Origin: a virus
Virus genome (UHGV): UHGV-0306157
Length of the DNA stretch: 14,130 nt
Strand: one strand, 5' to 3'
The position numbers and the translations under genes are program-made. Under the pieces are notes generated by a model, which searched no databases, was not told the origin of the DNA, and saw nothing but the letters and a program-made list of their open reading frames with translations. The first letter of the stretch is position 1. The number at the start of each line of letters is the position of its first letter. Below are positions 1 to 7,579 of the stretch, piece by piece.

Positions 1-266
1 GACCGGAGTCCAGTAATCGAATCCCAGTTGCAGGAGTTTGAAAAAACGCTTGTGGAATGCGTAGTTACGCACACGCTTAAAGTCTGCGTGTATCCACTCA
101 CCTATTTTGATTTGATGCAAAAGATCGCAACTCTCCGGCGTCGCCGGGAGAAGTAATCCGGAAGAGGTTTGTTTGACCAGTTGTATATGCGCCATCGTAG
201 TTCTCCGCTGGCGCAGTAGAATGGGTGTTCAGCCCGTTATGTAGTATACCAGAATTAATGCCAATA

Positions 267-518
267 CTAACAGGATGCTCTGACTCGCAATTCATCCAGC
301 AGTTTATCATTTCCCATAATGTCACTTACCCTCATCGGTAAAAAAATTGCCTTTCGACCATTACGATACATCATTGATTTTGGGGTTTCAGAGAAGTAAT
401 CCATTTCGACTATAACTGACAGGTCATCACGACGTATGACTGCGTATTTGCTACTAAATAGTTTCTTTATTTTTTCCACGATGCCTCCAGGTTTATAAGT
501 ACAAACGGTTATATCCAC
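267..518 (-). CDS. hypothetical protein, 83 aa (weak call; possibly a fragment or frameshifted remnant together with ORF 98..325)
   Basis: Open frame from the six-frame track inside the AT-rich segment; GTG start with no Shine-Dalgarno; no recognisable motif; an out-of-frame ORF 98..325 overlaps it on the same strand. Confidence 0.25.
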   Translation of the reverse strand: MDITVCTYKPGGIVEKIKKLFSSKYAVIRRDDLSVIVEMDYFSETPKSMMYRNGRKAIFLPMRVSDIMGNDKLLDELRVRASC

Positions 519-754
519 ATAGAGACAAAAATATTAATCTGAAAAATATTTATTTCACGCCGTATATTTGATTGTTTAATGTGCAGGTACAATGACTTTT
601 ATTTTTTGTTGTGTATATAATCAAATATATGGTTATTTTTCACCCTGCGTATTCAGCGCGCAACAAAAAAACCGCCGAAACGGGTTAAGTGCGGGTGCGT
701 TGAGGATGCCTGACACATCAGAGGTGGCGAGGGATTTCTCCCTCGCCTGGTCTC

Positions 755-907
755 TTACTCCTCAGGTTCGTAAGCTGTGAAGACAGCGACCTCCGTCTGG
801 CCGGGTCGGATTCGTACCTCGCAGAGGTCTTTCCTCGTTACCAGTGCCGTCACTATGACGGTTAAACAGATGACGATCAGGGCGATTAACATCGTCTTTT
901 GCTGCAT
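755..907 (-). CDS. hokD: Hok/Gef-family type I toxin (small membrane peptide), HokD/RelF-like, 50 aa
   Basis: Hand translation of the minus strand gives MQQKTMLIALIVICLTVIVTALVTRKDLCEVRIRPGQTEVAVFTAYEPEE: one hydrophobic helix followed by the TRKDLCEV...GQTEVAVF..YE signature of Hok/Gef peptides, closest to my recollection of HokD(RelF). Absent from the ORF track because it is under 60 aa. In-frame GTG at 910 is an alternative start. Confidence 0.8.
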   Translation of the reverse strand: MQQKTMLIALIVICLTVIVTALVTRKDLCEVRIRPGQTEVAVFTAYEPEE

Positions 908-921
908 CACAGCCTACTTAC

Positions 922-957
922 CCTTACCTTTCGTTCAAGCGGTAAGGTCACTTTTTC
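922..957 (+). terminator. intrinsic-terminator-like hairpin; candidate 3' end of a Sok-like antisense RNA opposite the hok leader
   Basis: 7-bp inverted repeat CCTTACC (922-928) / GGTAAGG (941-947) with 12-nt loop, followed by TCACTTTTTCTGTT; lies antisense to the region just upstream of the hok start; preceded by tandem CTTACC CTTACC. Confidence 0.4.
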
Positions 958-1057
958 TGTTATGTGCTAACTAACAAACCTCTTTTATCTGCATTAAAAA
1001 TCGCTATCATGTGTCATCCTCAACCTGTTAATAGCCTATTATGGACTTTAGTAAACA

Positions 1058-2887
1058 ATGAGCACTTCCGCATACAAGAGCAAAATTCGAACACTCCAGT
1101 GCGCGTTAAAAAACGGTGAATTTGAACCATTCATACAACATATCCGTTTTCCATACTTTAAAAATATAGAGCAGAATGCAAGGATCGATTTTCAGTTCCC
1201 TATAACGGCTTTAGTAGGAAAAAATGGAACTAATAAAAGTTCTGTTATCAAAGCGCTATTTGGTTGCCCACATGGTAAAAATATAACTCGTTATTGGTTC
1301 ACAACTGAAACAGATGAGTTTCCTGACCTAAAACTTGCTGATGGCAGTTCTCTTAAACCTAGATATATATATGGATATAAAAATGCTGATGGCCGTTTAG
1401 TTGAAATACTCCAAGCGCGTATCAATGCTACCAAGAAAACAATCGATTATTGGGAAACAAGTCGACCATCTGTTGGTGATAACATGGAGAGTATTTCGGA
1501 TGATCTGGGTGCTAATAGTAATGCAACCAGATGGAAAAAAATCAAGAAGGGATTGGTTTTCCTAGATTTCAGATCGGAAATAAGTGCATTTGATAGATGT
1601 ATGTATCACTCTGATTTTAAATTAAGAAAGAAGAAGAGCGGTGTATTAATTACAAAGCAAGACTATATCAGAAGCAAATCTAAATATATAAAGAAAGCTT
1701 TTGATGAAAAGCTAAGTAATTTAAGACTTTGGGGGACGGAAACCATTGTTAAAAATATAATCTTGGCGCCAGAACTAGTTGAGCACGTCTCATTTATATT
1801 AGGGAAAAAATATAAAGTCATTAAATTTCTTGAGCATCGGTTATTTGGAACCAGAGGAGGAACCGCTTTACTTTCAACTGATAAGTTGAACTATACAGAA
1901 GCTTTTGCTGGAAGTGGTGAATTTGCAATAGTTTCACTAATACTCAATATTTATTCGGCCAAACCTAATTCATTAATTCTTCTTGACGAACCAGAAGTTT
2001 CACTTCACCCTGGTGCACAGAAAAGGATGATGGATGTTCTGTACTCTATTGTTGAGCAGAAAAAACATCAAGTGGTAATATCAACCCATTCTCCTGTTAT
2101 TGTGAACACTCTTCCCAAAGATGCCATTAAATTATTTGTTTTTGATGAAGAGAATGAAACAGCTAAAATAGTTCAAAATATAGCACCGGATGAAGCTTTT
2201 ATAGAGCTAGGGCATGATATTAACAAGAAAACAATAATTGTAGAAGATAAATTAGCTAAAGCAATTATAGATAAAGCGATTAAAAATGATGAAAGATTAA
2301 GCTTATCATTTAGTGTAAGTTATATACCAGGTGGTTCGGAGACCATTTTAAGCAAGCATCTTCCCAGTTACGCTGTGGTAGAACGCAATGATATTTTGTT
2401 TTTACTTGATGGTGATAAAAACAAAAAAATAAAACCAGTAAGAATTAGTGAAATTGCTGATGCTGATTTAGTTAATACAATGTGCAAATATTATGGTTGC
2501 GAGTTAATTATCAATGCCAGTGGTAGTAATGGCAAAAAAAATGAACAAGAATCTAATAGACTCAAAAGGCAAGTGCTTGAGTATGCATTCAATAAAGTGC
2601 AGTATTTACCATTTGATACTCCCGAACAATTACTCATTGAAAAGGCAATTACGCCAAGTGAAAAAGAAATAATTGATTCACAGACCTGGAGTTCTAATGA
2701 TCCAGAACTGTATAAGAATCAAATAAGATTATTAGCGCAACACCTGTATGATAAAGAAGAAGTAAATGCAGAGGAGATTTTTTGCATCCAAAAAATAATG
2801 ACCGCAAGACTTAAAAATGAATTGCCTGAATTTATAAAAATAAGAAAAATAATTACTCAGGCTCTTGACCGTGGTATCATTAGGTAG
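1058..2887 (+). CDS. ABC-type (SMC/RecF/OLD-like, AAA_21-like) ATPase with putative C-terminal TOPRIM-like nuclease domain, 609 aa
   Basis: Long ORF. P-loop VGKNGTNKSS (nt 1217-1240, deviant: N in place of the Gly before Lys); signature-like AGSGE; Walker B LILLDEPEVSLHP (Asp at 1985-1987); H-loop ISTHSP. C-terminal part has IIVEDK (Glu at 2243-2245) and LLDGDKN (DGD at 2408-2416) about 55 aa apart, compatible with TOPRIM Glu + DxD. Strongly AT-rich relative to flanking prophage genes. Confidence 0.8.
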   Translation: MSTSAYKSKIRTLQCALKNGEFEPFIQHIRFPYFKNIEQNARIDFQFPITALVGKNGTNKSSVIKALFGCPHGKNITRYWFTTETDEFPDLKLADGSSLKPRYIYGYKNADGRLVEILQARINATKKTIDYWETSRPSVGDNMESISDDLGANSNATRWKKIKKGLVFLDFRSEISAFDRCMYHSDFKLRKKKSGVLITKQDYIRSKSKYIKKAFDEKLSNLRLWGTETIVKNIILAPELVEHVSFILGKKYKVIKFLEHRLFGTRGGTALLSTDKLNYTEAFAGSGEFAIVSLILNIYSAKPNSLILLDEPEVSLHPGAQKRMMDVLYSIVEQKKHQVVISTHSPVIVNTLPKDAIKLFVFDEENETAKIVQNIAPDEAFIELGHDINKKTIIVEDKLAKAIIDKAIKNDERLSLSFSVSYIPGGSETILSKHLPSYAVVERNDILFLLDGDKNKKIKPVRISEIADADLVNTMCKYYGCELIINASGSNGKKNEQESNRLKRQVLEYAFNKVQYLPFDTPEQLLIEKAITPSEKEIIDSQTWSSNDPELYKNQIRLLAQHLYDKEEVNAEEIFCIQKIMTARLKNELPEFIKIRKIITQALDRGIIR

Positions 2888-2910
2888 TGATTCTGGATGC
2901 AGAGGGAAAA

Positions 2911-3951
2911 ATGAAAAAAATCAAAGTGTTTGACTTCTTTTCCGGTTGTGGTGGAACCAGCCAAGGTTTCCATCAAGCTGGAATGGATATTGTTTTTGGC
3001 CTCGATTTCGACGTTGATGCAGCCAGTTCATTTCGTGCAAATTTCCCGCAGGCTGCTTTTATTAACTCGGACATTAGGTTAATCGACAACAATGCCATAA
3101 ACAAGTTAGTAAAAAAACATCGTAATGATTACATTCTTTTTTCAGGATGTGCGCCTTGTCAACCGTACTCTAAGCAAAACTCAAATAAAAAAAATGATGA
3201 TCCACGATTAGATCTATTAAAGGAATTCAGTCGTTTTGTAGAGCATTATATGCCTGATTTTATTTTTGTTGAAAACGTGCCAGGAATGCAAAAGTTTAAC
3301 AAAAATGAAGGAACATTCATGATGTTTTTAGAAATGCTTTCATCAAAGGGATATAGTGTAGATTATAAAGTAATGCCAGCTGCGTGGTACGGTGTACCAC
3401 AGACGCGAGAAAGATTAGTGCTCATTGCATCCAAGGATTTTTATGTCGCATTGCCTTCTCCTACACATGGGGTTGGAAATACTCCCTATTCAACAGTAAA
3501 GGACTGGATCGCTAATTTACCGAAGATAGAAGCAGGAGAAAAGCATAATAGTATTCCTGATCATGAAGCTGCACGCTTATCAGAGCTTAATTTGCGTAGA
3601 ATAAAATGCACTCCTGAAGGTGGAAGTCGAGAATTTTGGCCAGATGAATTGATTTTAGAATGCCATCGTAACCATAAAGGGCATACAGACGTATATGGAC
3701 GTTTGAGTTGGGACAAACCAGCCAGCGGACTAACAACTCGTTGTATTAGCTATTCAAATGGACGTTTTGGACATCCAACACAAAATCGAGCAATATCGGT
3801 TCGTGAAGCAGCGTGTCTACAAACATTTCCTTTGGATTATAAATTTATTGGTTCTTTGCAATCTCGGGCTCGTCAAATAGGAAATGCGGTCCCTCCGAAG
3901 ATGTCTGAAACGATTGGAAAACATTTGCTTAATATAATCAAAGCCTCCTAG
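2911..3951 (+). CDS. DNA (cytosine-5)-methyltransferase, 346 aa, all catalytic motifs present
   Basis: Motif I FSGCGG, motif IV GCAPCQPYS (catalytic Cys), motif VI ENVPGM, motif VIII QTRERLVLI, motif IX ISVREAACLQTFP, motif X GNAVPP, with a variable region between VIII and IX. ATG at 2911 preceded by GAGGG (2902-2906); the track start at GTG 2887 overlaps the ATPase stop. 23-nt gap to the upstream ATPase gene implies an operon. Confidence 0.9.
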   Translation: MKKIKVFDFFSGCGGTSQGFHQAGMDIVFGLDFDVDAASSFRANFPQAAFINSDIRLIDNNAINKLVKKHRNDYILFSGCAPCQPYSKQNSNKKNDDPRLDLLKEFSRFVEHYMPDFIFVENVPGMQKFNKNEGTFMMFLEMLSSKGYSVDYKVMPAAWYGVPQTRERLVLIASKDFYVALPSPTHGVGNTPYSTVKDWIANLPKIEAGEKHNSIPDHEAARLSELNLRRIKCTPEGGSREFWPDELILECHRNHKGHTDVYGRLSWDKPASGLTTRCISYSNGRFGHPTQNRAISVREAACLQTFPLDYKFIGSLQSRARQIGNAVPPKMSETIGKHLLNIIKAS

Positions 3952-3966
3952 GAGGCTTTATTTTAT
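3941..3966 (+). terminator. intrinsic terminator at the end of the ATPase-MTase cassette (possibly bidirectional)
   Basis: Perfect palindrome AAGCCTCC-TA-GGAGGCTT (3941-3958), which contains the MTase TAG stop, followed by TATTTTATTGTTAT; the convergent minus-strand gene ends at 3984. Confidence 0.55.
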
Positions 3967-3983
3967 TGTTATCCCCCTAGTAG

Positions 3984-4415
3984 TTAATCGTGCTCACCAG
4001 ACAACCTCCTGAAATTACTCTGGTAAAATGCCAGTACACGCTGCATAACTTCGCTTTTCCGGCACTTGCGACAGATTATGTTCTGACGCCTGTCGTAGCG
4101 GCGTATTTCTCCGTCTGGTAATGACCAGATAAGGTCAGGATCAACCACAACCGGTTTCTTCATCTTTGCCCTTGATAGTTTTTTGCGGGCGTTTTGCCAG
4201 TCTTTACGCGCCTGCTCAGACGGGAATAATCCGTAGCCAGAATTGTAAACATCACCACTGGCGACCAGTTCTCTGGCAAGAGTGCTTATGTAATACCTTG
4301 ATGCACCGGTTTTAGCCTCCAGAGCCCGTAACGTCTCGCGACCGCTCAGACGTACAAGTTCAACAGCCTGCCCTTTAATTTTTTCCCACTCTTCTGGTGT
4401 AAATACTTTTGCCAT
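3984..4415 (-). CDS. hypothetical phage protein, about 143 aa
   Basis: ORF from track; I place the start at the ATG at 4415 (MAKVFTPEEW...) because GGAGG lies 5 nt upstream; basic C-terminal region with CRKCRK; no family recognised. Confidence 0.55.
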   Translation of the reverse strand: MAKVFTPEEWEKIKGQAVELVRLSGRETLRALEAKTGASRYYISTLARELVASGDVYNSGYGLFPSEQARKDWQNARKKLSRAKMKKPVVVDPDLIWSLPDGEIRRYDRRQNIICRKCRKSEVMQRVLAFYQSNFRRLSGEHD

Positions 4416-4430
4416 AGGTGCCTCCGGCAA

Positions 4431-5180
4431 TCACTTTTCCGATGCAACATGGCGGGAAGAATCAGTAATCTGTCGTACAATATCCCTGTGCTTGTTCAAC
4501 TCACGCAGCGCGACGCAGACACGCTCCCACTTCTGGACATGATTTTTCGCCCGACGCAGTTCGCGGTTTGCCATATGCAGTGATGGTAAAACCAGGTCAT
4601 CCGCTCGCGTTTCAGTAAACGATGGCAGCGACTGCACAATGTCCGCCACAGTTTCTGTTTTAATATCTTCCTGTGTTGCAGCCTCCTGTACTGGTAACGC
4701 AACACCTGCGGGCTGAGGAAAGGCCTTACCATCAGTTTCCGCTACCGATGCTGCTTTCGGCTCTGCTGGTAAATTATCGCCCGGTATGCAGTAACGAAAT
4801 TTACCGCCCTGATTTACGCGAATCAGACGACCTTTGCTGATTGCCATTGCCAGCGTTGAAGCCACTTTGCGTGATGTGGTACCAAACAATGTAGCCAGCT
4901 CATCAGCCGTTTGTGGTCCGCGTTGTTCAATCGTCGCGGTTAAATCGCTCTCCGAAATTTTTGTCACTGTTGTCGTAGTAGTTTCTTCCGGCGCTGGCTG
5001 TTCCTGCTGAACGTTGTTATCAGCCACACGCCAGGTGTACGCGCTTTTATCAACAAAACCAGCCTTTTTCAGTTCCCATAGTTCGTTCAGCACTTCTTCA
5101 CGACTGATATCAAGTCGCGCAGCAAGTTCTATGGATGTGGCTTTTCCCATTGCTTTCAGTGCGTCAAAAACAGTCTCCAT
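4431..5180 (-). CDS. hypothetical phage protein with N-terminal winged-helix-like region, about 249 aa
   Basis: ORF from track. Start at ATG 5180 ([44 protein letters not shown]) is preferred over 5231, which would overlap ydaV by 29 nt; GGGAGA lies upstream of 5180. Thr-rich linker [10 protein letters not shown]. Confidence 0.5.
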   Translation of the reverse strand: METVFDALKAMGKATSIELAARLDISREEVLNELWELKKAGFVDKSAYTWRVADNNVQQEQPAPEETTTTTVTKISESDLTATIEQRGPQTADELATLFGTTSRKVASTLAMAISKGRLIRVNQGGKFRYCIPGDNLPAEPKAASVAETDGKAFPQPAGVALPVQEAATQEDIKTETVADIVQSLPSFTETRADDLVLPSLHMANRELRRAKNHVQKWERVCVALRELNKHRDIVRQITDSSRHVASEK

Positions 5181-5202
5181 TAAATTTTTCTCCCGGTAAA
5201 AA

Positions 5203-5949
5203 TTACTTCGCAATTCCTGGCTGGACGACATTCGGACGCCAGCTCTCCCAGTTAAAATTCACCCAACGCCCGCCGTTCATGGTCATGCGATCCATAATCC
5301 TCTCGCCGAGCAATGGTTTCATGGCCTCATAGTTCAGGTTTGTCAGCATTCCCACGCTACGCATCGACGCTGTCCGTCGATCAATAATCTGGTGCAGTAC
5401 CACCTGCTCGTTTTTCGTCTCGCGCTGAATGCCAATTTCATCAAGAACCAGCAGATCCACTTCGCACAGCTCCCGCAAAAATTTTTCGCCTGACTGCCCG
5501 TCGTCATAGCTGGCGTGCAGGGCGCTCATAACATCAGCCACGGTAACCACAATCACTGTCTGACCGTCTTTCAGCAGGCGATTCCCGATAGCTGCCGCTA
5601 AGTGATTCTTCCCGGTACCAGGTTTTCCGCTGAACGCAAAATTTGTACACCCGGTCATCAGTTCATCGGCGATGGATTTCGCCTGGCTTAACGCGTATCG
5701 CTGCCCTTCGTTCTGCACCTGGTAATTCGCAAACGAGCATTTGCGGTGCAACGGCTGGATGCCAGAGCGATTCAGGATTTTTTCCACCCGCAACTGACGA
5801 TTCAGGCGGTTGATCTCCTCGCAACGTTTCTGGCCTTCAGCAAGTTGCCACTCGCGCCACTCCGCAACCGTTCTGAATGGGGCGGTTACATGTGGTGGGG
5901 TCAGTCTGCGGATACGCTCCAGAACGCCTCCTGTCGCAATATTTTTCAT
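5203..5949 (-). CDS. ydaV: DnaC-like replicative helicase loader (phage P-like replication protein), 248 aa
   Basis: Walker [22 protein letters not shown] and Walker [11 protein letters not shown]; near collinear resemblance to the E. coli DnaC AAA+ domain as I recall it; lies directly downstream of the O-like gene. Confidence 0.85.
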   Translation of the reverse strand: MKNIATGGVLERIRRLTPPHVTAPFRTVAEWREWQLAEGQKRCEEINRLNRQLRVEKILNRSGIQPLHRKCSFANYQVQNEGQRYALSQAKSIADELMTGCTNFAFSGKPGTGKNHLAAAIGNRLLKDGQTVIVVTVADVMSALHASYDDGQSGEKFLRELCEVDLLVLDEIGIQRETKNEQVVLHQIIDRRTASMRSVGMLTNLNYEAMKPLLGERIMDRMTMNGGRWVNFNWESWRPNVVQPGIAK

Positions 5950-5955
5950 GGCCTG

Positions 5956-6744
5956 TTACCCCCTGAAGCCTGGCGGGATCGCACTGTCCGGCAACGAGAC
6001 GGTGTTAACCTGTCGGAGCAACGTCTCAGGCCGAACACCTTTCGGCGCGAACAGGCCCTGGTATTCATTGGCGATACTGTGTCGAATCACCTGCTCAGGT
6101 GTAAAACCCTGCTGGCGGAATTTTTCCAGCTCCCGTATCGCCCAGTTAGCGCCCTGCTCCGTTCGAATCGGTTTTCGCAATGCCTGCCTGAACCGGACCC
6201 ACTCATGCCAGAGTGTTTCCGGCAACCAATCGGGCAGCTCAATAGCCTCCGGCTCAAATTTTTTAGACGCTCGTTTTTGGCGAGGGGGATTTAGGGGGAG
6301 ATCAGTATTTATATCTTCCTCTTCCTCTTCCTCTGGTAACGCTTTTTGATCCATTTGTGTAACGCTGCCAGCGTTACCTTTTCGTTTCAGTTCGCGTATT
6401 TTTGTAACTCGCTCGTTTGTAACCGCCCGTTTTTTAGAGCTTTTCCCGTTATGACGTTCAAAGTTAGGTAGAGAAAGCCCACCGTCATTTTCGACCAGCC
6501 ATCCAACCTGAATTAACGCATCAGCAAAACCAGCCATAAAAGTGATGCGATCTATTGCACTTTTTGTAACGCCGCGAGCGTTACAATCTGCATTACCGTC
6601 TATCATTTGTTGATCCGCCCATGCCCAGAAGCGAATAACCTTCCCTAATGCGGCATCTGGATCAATATTCAGAATCTCAGCAAGCCTGAATATTTCCGGC
6701 TTATCCGGCGTAATAACCTCGAGCTTTATCCAGTTTGAAGCCAT
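5956..6744 (-). CDS. ydaU: phage replication initiation protein (lambda O-like, YdaU/DUF1376-type), 262 aa
   Basis: Position immediately upstream of the dnaC-like gene in a lambdoid replication module; acidic poly-Glu linker (EEEEEED); iteron-like palindromes embedded mid-gene; AGGTGA RBS upstream of the ATG at 6744. Confidence 0.6.
   Translation of the reverse strand: MASNWIKLEVITPDKPEIFRLAEILNIDPDAALGKVIRFWAWADQQMIDGNADCNARGVTKSAIDRITFMAGFADALIQVGWLVENDGGLSLPNFERHNGKSSKKRAVTNERVTKIRELKRKGNAGSVTQMDQKALPEEEEEEDINTDLPLNPPRQKRASKKFEPEAIELPDWLPETLWHEWVRFRQALRKPIRTEQGANWAIRELEKFRQQGFTPEQVIRHSIANEYQGLFAPKGVRPETLLRQVNTVSLPDSAIPPGFRG
6336..6423. repeat. cluster of GTAACGC-type repeats inside the O-like gene (candidate origin iterons)
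   Basis: Half-site GTAACGCT at 6336-6343; 19-bp perfect palindrome GTAACGCTG-C-CAGCGTTAC at 6359-6377; direct repeats TTGTAAC at 6402-6408 and 6417-6423; adjacent polypyrimidine tract at 6311-6333. Confidence 0.5.
6564..6586. repeat. palindrome TTGTAACGC-N5-GCGTTACAA (second copy of the GTAACGC inverted repeat)
   Basis: Perfect 9-bp arms read directly from the sequence; lies within the O-like coding region. Confidence 0.5.
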
Positions 6745-6756
6745 TTGTTTTCACCT

Positions 6757-6777
6757 TGTAACGCTCGCAGCGTTACA
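6757..6777. repeat. palindrome TGTAACGCT-N3-AGCGTTACA (third copy, noncoding, just upstream of the ydaU start/RBS)
   Basis: Perfect 9-bp arms; located in the ydaT-ydaU intergenic spacer 6745-6821, about 15 nt upstream of the AGGTGA RBS. Confidence 0.5.
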
Positions 6778-6821
6778 TTTAACTGATACCGAACAAAACA
6801 ATCCGGCACGATTAATTTCAA

Positions 6822-7244
6822 TCAATGCACTACGACAGAATCGCCGGGCGACCCACCACCGCTGAAATGTGCTTTCCGGTAAACGGCCTGGACTGCATCA
6901 TCATGCGCATCAATTGCCGTACTCAACGCTTCCTGCGCCGCCAGTAATGCACGGCGTTCCAAGGTATCGAAGATGCAGAGTCGGTGACGCAGCTCGCGCG
7001 GAAGAATTGCCAGAACCGCAGGGATCAGTTTCTGAATTTTTTCCCTTTGCGCTTTCGTTTCACCTTTCAACCAACGGTGATAGATATTCTGCTGATTGTT
7101 CCAGTCCTTGCCTGGTACAAGGGGCAATTCGCCGCCCCCCTGGCGCAGATATTCTTCAGTAATTGCGTTAGCGACCCACGCCTGCCCTTTTTCGGCTGCC
7201 AGGGCTAACAACACTGATTCGATGTGCTCATGCCTGATTTTCAT
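6822..7244 (-). CDS. ydaT: YdaT-family protein (Rac prophage; reported toxic partner of YdaS / CII-like regulator), 140 aa
   Basis: 140-aa ORF whose sequence (MKIRHEHIESVLLALAAEKGQAWVANAITEEYLRQGGGELPLV...) matches my recollection of K-12 YdaT; its start overlaps the ydaS stop by ATGA, implying translational coupling. Confidence 0.7.
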   Translation of the reverse strand: MKIRHEHIESVLLALAAEKGQAWVANAITEEYLRQGGGELPLVPGKDWNNQQNIYHRWLKGETKAQREKIQKLIPAVLAILPRELRHRLCIFDTLERRALLAAQEALSTAIDAHDDAVQAVYRKAHFSGGGSPGDSVVVH

Positions 7245-7483
7245 GAATCAACCGCTCCTATGCTGTTTTCGCTATGCTTACCGTCTGGGGGGAATACATC
7301 GTCAAGTCCACAATGAGCGCCAAGCCGATTAAGGGTAGAAACAATTTTTCTGCACTCCTCTAGTCCAGGGGTACGAAAATTTGCTTCGTAATTTGCCAGT
7401 CGGCTTTGTATCCACCCTAACTGAACAGCAAGTTGTCTTTGAGACAGCCCAAGCTGTTTTCGATATGTTGAAATTTTGTTCAT
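7241..7483 (-). CDS. ydaS: Cro-like HTH (XRE family) regulator, YdaS-like, 80 aa
   Basis: HTH motif LGLSQRQLAVQLGWIQSRLANYEAN; GGAGG RBS 6 nt upstream of the ATG at 7483; divergent from the repressor gene. Confidence 0.7.
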   Translation of the reverse strand: MNKISTYRKQLGLSQRQLAVQLGWIQSRLANYEANFRTPGLEECRKIVSTLNRLGAHCGLDDVFPPDGKHSENSIGAVDS

Positions 7484-7579
7484 TGAAAACCTCCGATGAC
7501 AATTTTAAACACATCTTGTGTTATATGGTCAAGCTGTTTTGTGTTTTATGTAAATCACGATTCGTGATACAAGGATGCA
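7484..7579. promoter_or_regulatory. divergent promoter/operator region between ydaS-like and racR-like genes (OR-like)
   Basis: 15-bp palindromes AACACAtctTGTGTT (7508-7522) and ATCACGattCGTGAT (7554-7568) plus half-site TGTGTT (7540-7545). Minus-strand promoter candidate: -35 TTGACC (complement of 7527-7532), 17-nt spacer, -10 TTTAAA (complement of 7504-7509); the first palindrome sits in the spacer/-10. Confidence 0.6.

Noticed and set aside
592-974. Plus-strand ORFs 592..780 and 777..974 from the six-frame track
   Set aside because: They run antisense across the hok gene and its hairpins and have no RBS or motif; the minus-strand Hok peptide explains the region better
755-1057. A mok-like overlapping reading frame upstream of hok
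   Set aside because: The only frame open through hok has two TAA stops just upstream of the hok start and no ATG/GTG/TTG start after them; I could not support a mok CDS
908-1057. relBE genes upstream of the HokD-like toxin, as in the K-12 relBEF operon
   Set aside because: The upstream space is only about 150 bp before the oppositely oriented ATPase gene and contains no ORF resembling RelB or RelE
2887-2910. GTG start at 2887 for the methyltransferase
   Set aside because: The ATG at 2911 has a GAGGG RBS and gives the usual short N-terminus before motif I; the GTG start cannot be excluded
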